A stretch of 64,000 nt of DNA from Candidatus Sericytochromatia bacterium (lineage in GTDB: Bacteria; Cyanobacteriota; Sericytochromatia; S15B-MN24; JAQBPE01), in contig JAYKJB010000009.1 in the NCBI GenBank assembly GCA_035285325.1, forward strand, positions 10,910 through 74,909, given 5' to 3'. The position numbers and the translations under genes were made by a program. The notes under the pieces were generated by a model. The model searched no databases. It worked only from the letters and a program-made list of their open reading frames with translations, and was not told the DNA's origin. Positions 9,377-19,483 of this stretch are shown in pieces (position 1 is the stretch's first letter; each line of letters starts with the position of its first letter).

Positions 9377-10738
9377 TCAGTGAAGGGTCACGGCCGCCGG
9401 AATGCCCTGGCCCTGGAGCTGGCGGGCGGCAGCGCCGGCGGCGCTGGGGTTCCGATAGTTGCCGACATAGACCCGGCTCATCCCGGCGCTGTGGCCCGTG
9501 TAGGACTGAATGCCCTGGGAACGCAACTGGCTGACCAGCAAGGCGGCATTGTCCGGATTCGAAAAGGAGCCGACCTGGACGCCGTAGCGGCCGCCCTGCG
9601 GGCGAGCGGAGCGCTGGTGGGCACGGCGGCTGTGCGGCTGGCCTTGACCGCCACCCCACGGAATGTAGGAGGAATGCCCCGGAATCCAGGGGGTGCTGCG
9701 ATAGCCCGGCGCCGTGTACCGCGCGTGCCAATGACCCCGACCGGGGGCCTTCCGCGCGTAACGGGTCGCCTGGGCCATCCGCTTCTTGGCGTAGCGAGAG
9801 GACAGGCGGTAGGCCCGGGCCTGGCTCCTGGCATAGCGCCCTCCCGGAGCGCGCTGCATAGCCACCAGGCGAGGCTGGCCAAGGTAAACCCGGCTCATAC
9901 CGGCGTGTCGCAGCACAAAGGCGGGCCGCCCTTGGGCTCGCAATTGCTGGACCAGCCGGGAGGCGTTATCGGGATTGGCAAAGGAGCCCACCTGCAACCC
10001 ATGGCGGCTGGGTACCCCCGCGATGGCAGCAGCGGCACGTCCCCCCGTTGGCCGAGGGGCGGCCTTCGGGAGCACCCGCGTCACGGGTTCTACCGGTTCG
10101 ATGTCCTTTGGCTCTTCATCGGCCTTCGGAACAGGCGGAATCGTGAAGGTTGGCTTGGGCTTGGGGCGGGGCGCAGGCTTGGCGGGCGCCGTGTCCGCGG
10201 GGGGGGCCGCCGCAGGCGCCCCCTCCCCGGCAGGGGGCGCTTCATTGGGAGGCGGGGCTTCCCCTTCGCCGGGCGCAGGCTTGCCCGCCGTCTTGACCGG
10301 CGCACCCCCTTGTTTGGGCTCGGAAGGCGGCGGAGGGGCTGCCTCATCCGGTTTGGCGGGGTCAGCGGCAGGCTCGGAGGCTGGCGCGGGCGCCTGGGCA
10401 ACGGGGTCAGCTGGCGCCTCTTCGGGCGACGAGATGCTGTTGACGATCTCGTCCACCACCTCCGGAGCAAACACCAGCATGGCGTAGTAGCCACCGCCAC
10501 CAAGGAACAAGAGGGCCGCAATGCCAATCAGGGCACTCTTGACCCAGTTTTTCGAGCCAGAGGGCTTGGCGGAAGCGCCCTCTTCATCTTCCTCCTCGTC
10601 GTCCTCCTCCTCCTCCTCGTCGTGCTCGTCATCGCCCTCCTCGCCGTCCTCTTCTCCGTAATATTCGTCCTGGTCCTGATCGTAATCAGGCACGCTGCTG
10701 ACGAACTCAGGCGAATCGGGACGGCGATTGAAAAACAC
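9377..10738 (-). CDS. SPOR-domain cell-division/septal peptidoglycan-binding protein with acidic N-terminal tail
   Basis: GTG start at 10738 with an AGGAGG RBS 6 nt upstream. The N-terminus carries a poly-acidic run DEHDEEEEEDDEEEDEE. One TM helix (ALIGIAALLFLGGGGYYAMLVF) is followed by a long Pro/Ala-rich linker. Two SPOR-like repeats: GLQVGSFANPDNASRLVQQLRAQG and YGVQVGSFSNPDNAALLVSQLRSQG. Confidence 0.75.
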   Translation of the reverse strand: MFFNRRPDSPEFVSSVPDYDQDQDEYYGEEDGEEGDDEHDEEEEEDDEEEDEEGASAKPSGSKNWVKSALIGIAALLFLGGGGYYAMLVFAPEVVDEIVNSISSPEEAPADPVAQAPAPASEPAADPAKPDEAAPPPPSEPKQGGAPVKTAGKPAPGEGEAPPPNEAPPAGEGAPAAAPPADTAPAKPAPRPKPKPTFTIPPVPKADEEPKDIEPVEPVTRVLPKAAPRPTGGRAAAAIAGVPSRHGLQVGSFANPDNASRLVQQLRAQGRPAFVLRHAGMSRVYLGQPRLVAMQRAPGGRYARSQARAYRLSSRYAKKRMAQATRYARKAPGRGHWHARYTAPGYRSTPWIPGHSSYIPWGGGQGQPHSRRAHQRSARPQGGRYGVQVGSFSNPDNAALLVSQLRSQGIQSYTGHSAGMSRVYVGNYRNPSAAGAAARQLQGQGIPAAVTLH

Positions 10739-11018
10739 GAAGGTCCTCCTGGGAGAGCCGCCAAAACCCGTTTATCAGAGCACGGGGCGCGGGTTGAAGT
10801 TCCGTCGACGGGCCGGTCCGGCCCCCGGTGATGTGACACGCAAGCGCGACGGAAGGATTATACCCCGTCCCCACCCGCCCATGCCCGAACGACCGGACAA
10901 TTCCGGCATGAACCGTGAAGGTGTGCCTCGTACCGCACGGCGCGCCCGACGCGTGCTACCCTAATGCCACCAGCCCATCGCTGAACGACCGCCCTCGCCC
11001 AACCCCAGGAAGCCGCGC

Positions 11019-11840
11019 GTGACGTTGCCATCACCGATTGCGCTCTATGACTCCGGCCTCGGAGGGCTGTCTGTTCTGCGCGTGCTGACGGCGCGCCTGC
11101 CCGGCGAGTCGTTTCTTTATTTTGGCGATACGGCTCGCGTGCCCTATGGGCCCCGTCCCGCCGCCGAGATCGTGGCCTTCAACCTGCAGATCGCCGACTG
11201 GCTGGTTGCCGAAGGGGCCAAGTGCCTGGTGGTGGCCTGCAACACCTCCTCGGCGTTGGCCCTCACCCGGCTCGAAAATGAGGTGTCCGTCCCGATCGTG
11301 GGGCTGATCCAGGCTGGCGCGGAAGCCGTCGTCGACGCCGCCCCCGACGGTCCGATCGGCCTGATCGCCACCCAGGCGACCGTGGCCAGCGGTGCTTATC
11401 AACGGGCGATCGCCGCCCGGGCCCCCTCCGCCCCGGTGCTGGCGCAGGCGTGCCCCGCCCTGGTGCCGCTGGTGGAGTCCGGTGCCTGGGCCGGCCCCGA
11501 GGCCCACGAAGCGCTGCGTGACTGCCTCGCGCCCTTTCTTGCGACCCCGCCCCGCGCCCTGCTGCTCGGATGCACCCATTACCCTCACCTGGCGCCCCTG
11601 ATCGCATCCTGGCTACCCGGCGTGCCCCTGATCGATCCGGCGATTCGCCTGGCGGACCACGTGGAATCCGTGCTGAGCACGCGCGGGATCGGCGCCTGCC
11701 GGCCGGCCGTGCCCCCGTTGCGCGTCACGGTCAGCGGGGACGCTCAGCGATTCCGGGCCGAGGCGGAACGGCTGATTCCGGGACTGGTTTCCGAAGTGGA
11801 GCGCGTCACGCTGCCGACGCTGGCAGCTGGTCGGCCGTGA
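11019..11840 (+). CDS. murI: glutamate racemase
   Basis: GTG start with an AGGAAG RBS. Glutamate-racemase motifs DSGLGGLSV, CNTSSA and LGCTHYP. Confidence 0.9.
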   Translation: MTLPSPIALYDSGLGGLSVLRVLTARLPGESFLYFGDTARVPYGPRPAAEIVAFNLQIADWLVAEGAKCLVVACNTSSALALTRLENEVSVPIVGLIQAGAEAVVDAAPDGPIGLIATQATVASGAYQRAIAARAPSAPVLAQACPALVPLVESGAWAGPEAHEALRDCLAPFLATPPRALLLGCTHYPHLAPLIASWLPGVPLIDPAIRLADHVESVLSTRGIGACRPAVPPLRVTVSGDAQRFRAEAERLIPGLVSEVERVTLPTLAAGRP

Positions 11841-11926
11841 GCGGCTACGGGCGTCACCGCATGGGACGTGGCCGGAAGGGGTATATAGGGTTGAACCGAC
11901 CTGCCTGCTTCATCAACGGAGTTTCC

Positions 11927-13348
11927 GTGCGCGCCCCTCGTCTCGCCCTGACCGCCCTGCTGGGCGCCGCTGCCTCGCTGGCCCTGACGGCTTGTCCGAT
12001 GCAGATCGTGATCTTCCAGGTCAACCTGGAAAATCCCAACTTGCGGGTCGGCGAGCGAACCATGGTGCGCCTCGAAGCCCAGGTGGGATGGTTTCGCCAA
12101 CCGTTCTTTTACTATCGCGCGGAGCGCGGCCGGCTGGTCGGCCTGAATGGGGAAACCGCACCGCAAGGCGGCTACCTGCGCGCGGGTAACCAGGTCTGGT
12201 ACCACGCCCCCTACACGGCGAGTTATCCCTCGGCGGAGGGCATCCGACAAAACGACACGATCGAAATCATTGCGCAAGATGGCCCCTACACCACGCGCAC
12301 CCAGCGCGTCGTGACCATCACGGGCTCCACCGTGGTCTTCGCCAGCACCGACAACAACGGCCCCAACGGGACCTTGATGACGGCGATCGACAGCGGCGGC
12401 GGCCAGATGCAAAGCCAGCCGCAACCCCTGCTGGACCTGAGCAAGCAGCCCATCAAGGGCTCCTCGCCCGTGATCTCGCCGAACGGGGAGCGCATCGCCT
12501 TCGTGTACTACCCGGGCGATGGCACCAGCAAGGTGGCCATGCGCGACGCGGCCGGCCAGGTGTTGTATCTGACCAACTTCAACCGGGGCCTGGCCCTGGA
12601 CCCCTCCTGGAGCCCGAATGGCTCCTACCTGCTGTTCGCCAGTAACCACGCCGACGACTCGGCCGGCACCTATGACATTTACATGATGAACGTGGATCAG
12701 AACAGTGGCGGCGGCCGCGCCATCACGCGCTTGACCAGCAACACCTGGGATGAGCGTCATCCGGCCTGGAATCCACTGCCGACGGCCCCGGAAGACCGGA
12801 TCATCGCCGTCTCGGCCCGCGCCAATAGCATGAACACCCCGGGCGACCGGACCCAGAACTGGAACATCTTCCTGATGAACCGGCGGGGAACCTACACCCG
12901 GAGTGTCAGCGACATGCAGGGGGACGGCAGCAACTGGGCGGTGGAGCCGGCCTGGCATCCCAACGGTCAGTTGCTGGCCTATACCCGCTTTGGTCCGGTC
13001 GTGAACTACCAGAGCGGAGCGAACAAGTTCCAGCGCATCTTTGTGCAGGACCTGGCGCAAAGCACGGCCATCACGCCGCTGAACATCTCCAATACCGACC
13101 CGATGGGGCGCGAGAGCTCGCCGATCTGGTCGGTGGACCGGCTCAATACCCTTTACTTCTTGCGCACCGAGGCCAACTCGCCCAACATCTCGCGCATTTT
13201 TCAGACCCAGTACCTGCCGGGCAACGTGGGCGGAAACACCTTCCCACCGCAGCTGGTGGCGCCATTTCAGAGTTTGATGTTGCCGCTGACGCTGGTGGGG
13301 GGAACCAATCGAGACATCTCGGGGTTCCACCCGCTGGACTGGCGTTGA
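11927..13348 (+). CDS. TolB-like beta-propeller (PD40/WD40-like) lipoprotein
   Basis: GTG 11927 is preceded by GGAG. Lipoprotein signal MRAPRLALTALLGAAASLALTAC. PD40-like repeats: SPVISPNGERIAFVYYPGDGTSKVAMRD, DPSWSPNGSYLLFASNHADDSAGTYDIYMMN and EPAWHPNGQLLAYTRF. Confidence 0.75.
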   Translation: MRAPRLALTALLGAAASLALTACPMQIVIFQVNLENPNLRVGERTMVRLEAQVGWFRQPFFYYRAERGRLVGLNGETAPQGGYLRAGNQVWYHAPYTASYPSAEGIRQNDTIEIIAQDGPYTTRTQRVVTITGSTVVFASTDNNGPNGTLMTAIDSGGGQMQSQPQPLLDLSKQPIKGSSPVISPNGERIAFVYYPGDGTSKVAMRDAAGQVLYLTNFNRGLALDPSWSPNGSYLLFASNHADDSAGTYDIYMMNVDQNSGGGRAITRLTSNTWDERHPAWNPLPTAPEDRIIAVSARANSMNTPGDRTQNWNIFLMNRRGTYTRSVSDMQGDGSNWAVEPAWHPNGQLLAYTRFGPVVNYQSGANKFQRIFVQDLAQSTAITPLNISNTDPMGRESSPIWSVDRLNTLYFLRTEANSPNISRIFQTQYLPGNVGGNTFPPQLVAPFQSLMLPLTLVGGTNRDISGFHPLDWR

Positions 13349-13372
13349 CCCCTCCCCCAGAAAGGACAGGCC

Positions 13373-14881
13373 TTGTCACTCCGTCTTGCTCGCATCCTGT
13401 GCTTGTCGATGCTGTGCCTCACGCCTGCCTGGGACCAGGCCGCAGAGGCGGCTCCGGTCCCGCTGACCATCCTGCACACGAACGACACCCACGACCATCT
13501 GGAAGCCTTCGACACCCGGCACGGCAAGGGGCTCGGGGGAATCGCGCGGCGCGCCAGCTTGATCCGTCAGGTCAAGAAGGAAAACCCGGCCACCCTGGTG
13601 CTCGACGCCGGAGACGTGTTCCAGGGAACGCCCCTGTTCAATTTTTTCTCGGGGGAGCCGGACTTCATCACCATGAAGCAGGCAGGCTATGACGCCATGG
13701 CCGTGGGCAACCACGACCTCGACAACGGCATCCAGAACCTGCTCACCCAGTCACGCCATCTGGATCACCCGCCCCTGGCCATCAACCTCTATGACCCCAA
13801 AGGTCAGCGCTACTTCCCGACCCATCGCATCTTCGAGCGAGGGGGGCTGAAAATCGCCGTGGTGGGGGCACTCGGTCGCAACGCCTTCGAGGCGGTGGCC
13901 GCGCCGCGTCGCGCCGGGATCACCTTCAAAGACCCGGAGCCCGAATTGAAGCACCTCGTCCAGAGACTGCGCAGCCAGGTGGATCTGGTCGTGCTGCTGA
14001 CCCACATCGGGCACGAGGAGGAGGTCAGCCTGGCGAAGGCGATGCCTGACGTGGACCTGATCGTGGGCGGGCATAGCCACACCAAGGTTGAAAAGCCCGT
14101 GGTGGTGAAACATGCCAAGCGAGACACGCTGGTGGCCCAGGCCTTCCAGTGGGGCGAATTCATGGGTCGCATCGACCTCCAGGTGGAGGGGGGACGGATC
14201 GTGCGTCATGAGGGACGCCTGCTGACGGTCGGCACGGAAATCCCGGAGGACCCCACGGTGGCAGCCACCGTGGCTCATTACGCGAAGCAGATCGCGACCC
14301 AGATGCAGGAAGTGGTGGGACGGACGGCTATCGAGTTCAGCAACAGCCGCAAACGCGAGGGGGACACGCCGATTGGCAACCTGGTGGCGGACGCTGTCAA
14401 AGAGGAGACCGGCGCTCAGGTGGCGTTCATGAACAGTGGCGGCATTCGCGCGCCGCTGCCCCAGGGGGATATCACGCGCGGCATGGTGTTCTCGATGCTG
14501 CCTTTCGAGAACACCCTGGTGACGTTTACATGCACGGGCGTTCAGTTGCAGGCCATTCTGGACTTCGCGGCCAGTCGCAACGGCAAGAGCGGGAGCCTGC
14601 AGGTGGCTGGGCTGCAGTACGAGGTCGATGGCGAGCGCGCCAGGGCTGTTCAGGTGGAGGGCAAGGCCCTTGAACCTGGTGCCGTCTACCGCGTGGCCAC
14701 GATCGACTACGTGGCCCAGGGCAATGATGGCGCCGACGTCTTCCGGAGCGTGTCGGAGGTGGTCAATACGGGCACCCTGGTGCGGGACGCCTTCATGCGT
14801 TTCATGAAAAAGCGTGCCGGAGCCGTGGAGGCTCCCAGCGGTGGCCGGATTCGGAAACGCACGCCGGCCACGGCCTCCTGA
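13373..14881 (+). CDS. secreted bifunctional metallophosphatase / 5'-nucleotidase (UshA-like)
   Basis: TTG start with an AGGA RBS and a signal peptide. Calcineurin-like metallophosphatase motifs ILHTNDTHDHLE, DAGDVFQGT and GNHDLDNG, plus a 5'-nucleotidase C-terminal domain. Confidence 0.85.
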   Translation: MSLRLARILCLSMLCLTPAWDQAAEAAPVPLTILHTNDTHDHLEAFDTRHGKGLGGIARRASLIRQVKKENPATLVLDAGDVFQGTPLFNFFSGEPDFITMKQAGYDAMAVGNHDLDNGIQNLLTQSRHLDHPPLAINLYDPKGQRYFPTHRIFERGGLKIAVVGALGRNAFEAVAAPRRAGITFKDPEPELKHLVQRLRSQVDLVVLLTHIGHEEEVSLAKAMPDVDLIVGGHSHTKVEKPVVVKHAKRDTLVAQAFQWGEFMGRIDLQVEGGRIVRHEGRLLTVGTEIPEDPTVAATVAHYAKQIATQMQEVVGRTAIEFSNSRKREGDTPIGNLVADAVKEETGAQVAFMNSGGIRAPLPQGDITRGMVFSMLPFENTLVTFTCTGVQLQAILDFAASRNGKSGSLQVAGLQYEVDGERARAVQVEGKALEPGAVYRVATIDYVAQGNDGADVFRSVSEVVNTGTLVRDAFMRFMKKRAGAVEAPSGGRIRKRTPATAS

Positions 14882-15016
14882 ACTCGCCCACAGATAGGAG
14901 CGAGGCGCCCCCAGGCCGCCGAGGCCTTCTCGCCCGCTCGATGGACTCAGGCCGTCCACGGAAGTGGGGGGCGCAATCGGGTGTTCGGACGACCGGAGCC
15001 GGTGCCGGGGCCTCCC

Positions 15017-16507
15017 TCACGCCTGAGGGGCAGCCGTGGGATTGGCTCCCGATGCATCGAAGGGGCTGTTCGGCGCGGAACTGGATCCCTCCGTTCCCCC
15101 GCCAGGCCGCGCCACACCGGAGCTTCGCTTCCATGCCCCGGCGGACTTTCGCGCGGCTTTGCGGGCCTTGCCCTTGGCCACTTGCCGAGCGGTGGGAGCC
15201 TTCTGGCCAGACTTCTTGGCGGCCCCCTTCTTCTCCTCCGTCTTCGCCCGCCCGCCTGACGCCTCGGCCTTGCCAGGCTTCTCTTTGGACGCGCCGCGTT
15301 CGGCACGGGCCGCCGCGCGCCGGCGGGCGCGGACCTCGTCGACGGGTTCGGGCGCGCGCAACTCTCCAAAGGCGTAAACGGCCGGTTCGAATGACAAGCC
15401 GAGCGCTCGCTCGAGCACGCTGAGCAGGCGAGTTTCAGTCGGGTCCACCAGGGTGATCGCCAATCCAGCACGCCCCATGCGTCCCGTGCGTCCGACGCGA
15501 TGCACGTACTGCTCCGCCGAACGCGGCAGATCGAGGTTGAACACGAGTTCACAGCCGCCCAGGTCGAGGCCGCGGGCCGCCAGTTCCGTGGCCACCAGAA
15601 GCTGTAACTGGCCGCCACGGAAGGCCCGCATGGTTTCCGTGCGCTGGAGTTTGCGCAGTCCGGCGTGCAACCCGGCCGCCCGCACCCCATGATGAACCAG
15701 CTTCGCCACCAGCCAGTCGATGTCTGCGGCCCGGTTGAAAAAGGCGATCGCCCCCGTGGGCGCCAGGTGATGCAACAACTTCCGCAAGGTGGGGAGCTGA
15801 TCACGCTCCGGCGTCACGAGCACCTGGTGCCTCAGCGTCGCTGGCAGCGTCAGTTCGGTGGCGAGGTCGACCACGACCGGCTCCGACAACAGACCGGCCA
15901 GCCAATCACGCGAGGCCGAGCTCAGGGTGGCTGAGCAAGCCACCACCTGACGCCCCGAGGGCGCCGCATGAAACAGAGACACCACGTCGGCACGATGGGG
16001 CGCTTCAGCCAGGTGATCGGCCTCATCCAGAACGATCGCCCGAACAGCTGATAGCGTCAAAGCCTGACGACTGACAAAGTCAGCCACCCGCCCCGGTGTT
16101 CCCACCACCACTTCCGGGGCACGTTTCAGCGCTTCGCGCTGGCGCTCTGGATTGGCGCCCCCGATCAAAGCCAGAACGGCCCCTGGGCGCTCCCCCCAGA
16201 GCAAACGCACCACGTCACGCACCTGCACGCCCAGCTCTTGGGTGGGCACCAGGATCAGCAAGCGCGGCGCGGCGGGGCGACCTGGCACTGGCGGAGGAGC
16301 AGAAGGCAGGGACTCCAAGCGCTTCCAAAGCGGCAGCAAATAGGCCAGGGTCTTGCCGCTACCGGTTTGCGCGCTGAGCAAGAGGTGACGCCCCTCCACC
16401 AGCGGCGTGAAGGACTGCGCCTGCGGCTCGGAGGGGGTTTCGATGCCCTCTTGTAGCAACAGGTCGCACAGCGCGGCAGGAAGGCCCAGTTGGTGAAAGG
16501 TGGTCAT
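15017..16507 (-). CDS. DEAD-box ATP-dependent RNA helicase with basic C-terminal tail
   Basis: Q-motif region TFHQLGL. Helicase motifs AQTGSGKT (Walker A/motif I), VLDEAD, SAT and HRVGRTGRMGRAG. Lys/Arg/Ala-rich C-terminal tail. Start taken at the MTTFHQ Met. Confidence 0.9.
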   Translation of the reverse strand: MTTFHQLGLPAALCDLLLQEGIETPSEPQAQSFTPLVEGRHLLLSAQTGSGKTLAYLLPLWKRLESLPSAPPPVPGRPAAPRLLILVPTQELGVQVRDVVRLLWGERPGAVLALIGGANPERQREALKRAPEVVVGTPGRVADFVSRQALTLSAVRAIVLDEADHLAEAPHRADVVSLFHAAPSGRQVVACSATLSSASRDWLAGLLSEPVVVDLATELTLPATLRHQVLVTPERDQLPTLRKLLHHLAPTGAIAFFNRAADIDWLVAKLVHHGVRAAGLHAGLRKLQRTETMRAFRGGQLQLLVATELAARGLDLGGCELVFNLDLPRSAEQYVHRVGRTGRMGRAGLAITLVDPTETRLLSVLERALGLSFEPAVYAFGELRAPEPVDEVRARRRAAARAERGASKEKPGKAEASGGRAKTEEKKGAAKKSGQKAPTARQVAKGKARKAARKSAGAWKRSSGVARPGGGTEGSSSAPNSPFDASGANPTAAPQA

Positions 16508-16584
16508 AGCCAGGGATGGTACCACGCCGCTCCCTCGCTGCGGGAAGCGTTCCCCTGTGGCCTCCGGCTGGCTACAATGGCGGC

Positions 16585-17727
16585 ATGTTGCGTGCCCCGC
16601 TGCCCCCCTCGCCGGCCGGCCCCCCCGCGCCGGTCGAACGCCGGCTGGCCATCGACCTGTTGCGAGGCCTGGCCGTGGTGGTGATGGTGCTGGACCATCT
16701 GGTGGGACATTCCTGGTTCCACATGCTCACCCTCGGCACCCTCTACATCACCGCGGCCGAGGGCTTCGTGCTGTGCTCGGGGCTGGCGCTTGGCTGGCGC
16801 AGCCGCGAAAGATTCCTGCAAGCGGGTCACTGGGGGGCGATCTACCCGGTGCTGCGACGCACCCTCGTGGTCTGGGGTTGTGCCAGCGGAAGCCTGCTGG
16901 CCGTCGGAACCCTGGCGATGCTGGTGCCAGGAGCAGGCCGGCCGGCCTTCACGGACGCCCCACCGGCGTGGGGCGAGCTGGCCCGCGCCGCGCTGTCGCT
17001 TCAGCTGGCCCCCCCGTTGCTGGACATCCTGCCGATGTACGTGGGGCTGCTCGGGCTGACCCCACTGCTGATCGCCGGATGTGCCCGTGGCCACTGGCCT
17101 TTCCTGGTGCTGGCCAGCCTGCTGGCCTGGGGCTGGAACTGGTGCGACCCCTATGCGCTGTCCACGCCCCCCCTGGATCGAGATGGGCGAACCTATTTCA
17201 GCCTGGCATCCTGGCAGATCATCTATGTCGGTGGGTTTCTGGTGGCCTGGTACGGCGAGTCCCTGAAGCGACGCTGGGCCTGGGTCCCTCCTCACGGCTG
17301 GTGGCTGAGTTTGGCGGTGATCGGCCTGAGCCTCGCCGTGGCCTCCTTCCACGACAGCGATGTGAGAAGCTGGCCGCTCGAGGCGCCGGAACGGGCCACC
17401 TGGCTTGCGGCGACTGATCGCAGCCTGCTCGGACCGATCCGCTTGCTGGCCGTGATGACCTACTTTCCCCTGCTCTCGGCAGCCCTCTCCTGGTTGACGG
17501 GGTTTCCATCCACCCACTGGCTGCATGAGGGCTTGCTGCTGCTGGGGCGAAACGCGCTGCTGCTGTACATGCTGCACCTCCCCCTGGTGCTGTTCTGGAG
17601 TCAGGCGATCGCCCCCTGGCTGGGGGGCCGGGTCTGGTTGACCAGCCTGGGCCAAGCCGCCGCCCTGCTGCTGTTATGGGGGTTGGTGCGGCAGCGACAC
17701 CGGTATCGCGCCAGAGCCGGCGGGTGA
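16585..17727 (+). CDS. integral membrane acyltransferase-3/OpgC-like family protein
   Basis: The N-terminus RRLAIDLLRGLAVVVMVLDH resembles the acyltransferase_3 / DUF1624 signature. Several hydrophobic helices follow. It is divergent from the helicase gene across a 78-bp gap. Confidence 0.55.
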   Translation: MLRAPLPPSPAGPPAPVERRLAIDLLRGLAVVVMVLDHLVGHSWFHMLTLGTLYITAAEGFVLCSGLALGWRSRERFLQAGHWGAIYPVLRRTLVVWGCASGSLLAVGTLAMLVPGAGRPAFTDAPPAWGELARAALSLQLAPPLLDILPMYVGLLGLTPLLIAGCARGHWPFLVLASLLAWGWNWCDPYALSTPPLDRDGRTYFSLASWQIIYVGGFLVAWYGESLKRRWAWVPPHGWWLSLAVIGLSLAVASFHDSDVRSWPLEAPERATWLAATDRSLLGPIRLLAVMTYFPLLSAALSWLTGFPSTHWLHEGLLLLGRNALLLYMLHLPLVLFWSQAIAPWLGGRVWLTSLGQAAALLLLWGLVRQRHRYRARAGG

Positions 17728-17804
17728 GCGGAGCCGTTCCGGGGCAGGCGAGGCGAGTCCGAGCCCTGGTGTCGCGCCCTCCAGGCCCGCCTCACAAGCA
17801 GAAA

Positions 17805-17827
17805 GGGGCGCCCCGAAGGGCGCCCCC
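17805..17827. terminator. GC hairpin between convergent genes (terminator without U-tract)
   Basis: GGGGCGCCC-CGAA-GGGCGCCCC is a perfect 9-bp stem. It lies between the 3' ends of the membrane protein gene and the S8 protease gene. Confidence 0.4.
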
Positions 17828-17859
17828 AAGAACCATCGCGACGAATCGCGCGTGGCCGC

Positions 17860-19086
17860 TTACTGCTGGGTGATGGCGCGACCGACGTTGATCCGGCCGT
17901 GGCCGAAGTACTTGTCGAAGCCCTTATCGCCCAGGTCATCCGCGGTCTTCTCGATCCGCTCGCGGATCTGCGCCGCCGTGAAGGAAGGGTTGGCGCTCTT
18001 CACCAGAGCGGCCAGGCCGGCGGTGTGCGGGCAGGCCATCGAGGTGCCCGAGAGGGTGCGATAGCCGCCGCCAGGAACGGTCGACAGGATGTCGGAACCG
18101 GGCGCGCCCACCGAGATGTGCTTGCCGAAGTTGGAGAACGAGGAACGCACGTCGCCGCTGGTGGTGGCGCCGACGGCCATCACACCAGGCGCAGCAGCCG
18201 GGTAGCTGGGACGCTCGGAGTTGTTGTTGCCCATCGCGGCCACCACCAAGGAGCCCTTGTTGATGGCGTGCTTGACGGCTTCATCAATCACGGCCGAGCT
18301 CTGAGGACCACCCAGGCTCATCGAGATGACCTGGCAACCCTGGTCAGCAGCATAGATGATGCCGTTGGCCACACCGGCGTACGACCCGGACCCGCTCTTC
18401 GACAGGACCTTGACCGCGACCATCGAGACCGCCGGAGCCACCCCGACGACGCCACCGTTGCCCAGGCCGGCGCCGACCGAACCGGCGCAGTGGGTGCCGT
18501 GGTAGTGGTCGTCGAACGCATCGTCGTCGTTGTTGACGAAGTCCTTGCCCTTGGCGACCCGGCCACCGAAGTCGACGTGCTTGTGGTCGATGCCGGTGTC
18601 CACCACGCCCACCTTGACCTCAGGCGAACCGGTCGTGACGGCCCAAGCCTTGGCGGCGGCAATCTTTTCCATGCCCCACAGCTTGCCGAGCAGTTCGTCA
18701 TCGGCCTTCACGCCGAAGCCCATCCGCGGGGCCAGGTTGCCGTTGTCGATGATGCGGGCAATGTAGTTGGGCTCCGCGTAAGCCACGTTCGGGTCAGCCT
18801 TGAGGGCGCTGATGGTCTGAGCGGCGTTGGCGGTCTTCACCACCACGGCTTCGATCCGCTCGACCTTGGAGACGGCCTTGAGGCCCATCTTCTGGAGCAC
18901 CGACTGGCGGCCGCGGGCGTCGCGGAACTTGACGACGACCTCACCGGGCACCGCTTGCGCCATCATGTCCCCGGAGCGGGTGTTGGCGAGGTTCAAGCCG
19001 TTCGGCGAAACGCCGCAGCCGACCAGAGCGAGAGTGGTGACAGTGGCGGAAGTCATCAGGACGACTTGCTTCATGCCGTTCTTCAT
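17860..19086 (-). CDS. subtilisin-like serine protease (S8) lipoprotein with I9 propeptide
   Basis: GAGGAG RBS. Lipoprotein signal LALVGC. Catalytic D in VVDTGID, H in HGTHCAG and S in GTSMACPH. An inhibitor-I9-like N-terminal prodomain is present. Confidence 0.9.
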   Translation of the reverse strand: MKNGMKQVVLMTSATVTTLALVGCGVSPNGLNLANTRSGDMMAQAVPGEVVVKFRDARGRQSVLQKMGLKAVSKVERIEAVVVKTANAAQTISALKADPNVAYAEPNYIARIIDNGNLAPRMGFGVKADDELLGKLWGMEKIAAAKAWAVTTGSPEVKVGVVDTGIDHKHVDFGGRVAKGKDFVNNDDDAFDDHYHGTHCAGSVGAGLGNGGVVGVAPAVSMVAVKVLSKSGSGSYAGVANGIIYAADQGCQVISMSLGGPQSSAVIDEAVKHAINKGSLVVAAMGNNNSERPSYPAAAPGVMAVGATTSGDVRSSFSNFGKHISVGAPGSDILSTVPGGGYRTLSGTSMACPHTAGLAALVKSANPSFTAAQIRERIEKTADDLGDKGFDKYFGHGRINVGRAITQQ

Positions 19087-19422
19087 TGAACTTGTTTCTC
19101 CTCGTGGGCCCAGGGGCCGGGGGACAGGGTCATTGGTTAGCTTATGTTTAATTTAAGCTTAACCTTGTGGACCCACTTTAGCACCCGTCCGATTGTGATT
19201 CAAGTACCAGATCGCACATTTAACCTTTCCTTAACCCCGACACGGTAAAACCTTAGAGAAAGGGTTGATTCAAGCAGGCCTCCCACCTCCCCAAAGTCCG
19301 GTGAGACCTACTTCTTCAAGGAACCAACGTGTCCCTTGGAGCAGCGCTGACCCGCCCGCAAAAAAGAATTGAAATCGGCCCGCCGAGGCTCTGATCGCAG
19401 CCTGCTTCAACATAACGCTGCG

Positions 19423-19457
19423 TGCTATAATCCGGACCCCGCGTGTGACGGCACACG
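19423..19457 (+). promoter_or_regulatory. extended -10 promoter (TGcTATAAT) plus 5'UTR hairpin upstream of the TPR gene
   Basis: TG-n-TATAAT at 19423-19431. The hairpin CGTGTG-ACGG-CACACG lies at 19442-19457, just downstream of the predicted transcription start site. Confidence 0.35.
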
Positions 19458-19483
19458 GTCCTCCGCGCTGAGCGTGGGCTACC

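Noticed and set aside
14882-15016. Terminator between the convergent 5'-nucleotidase and helicase genes.
   Set aside because: Only a short imperfect palindrome (AGGCC-GCCG-AGGCCT) with no U-tract. It is too weak to call.
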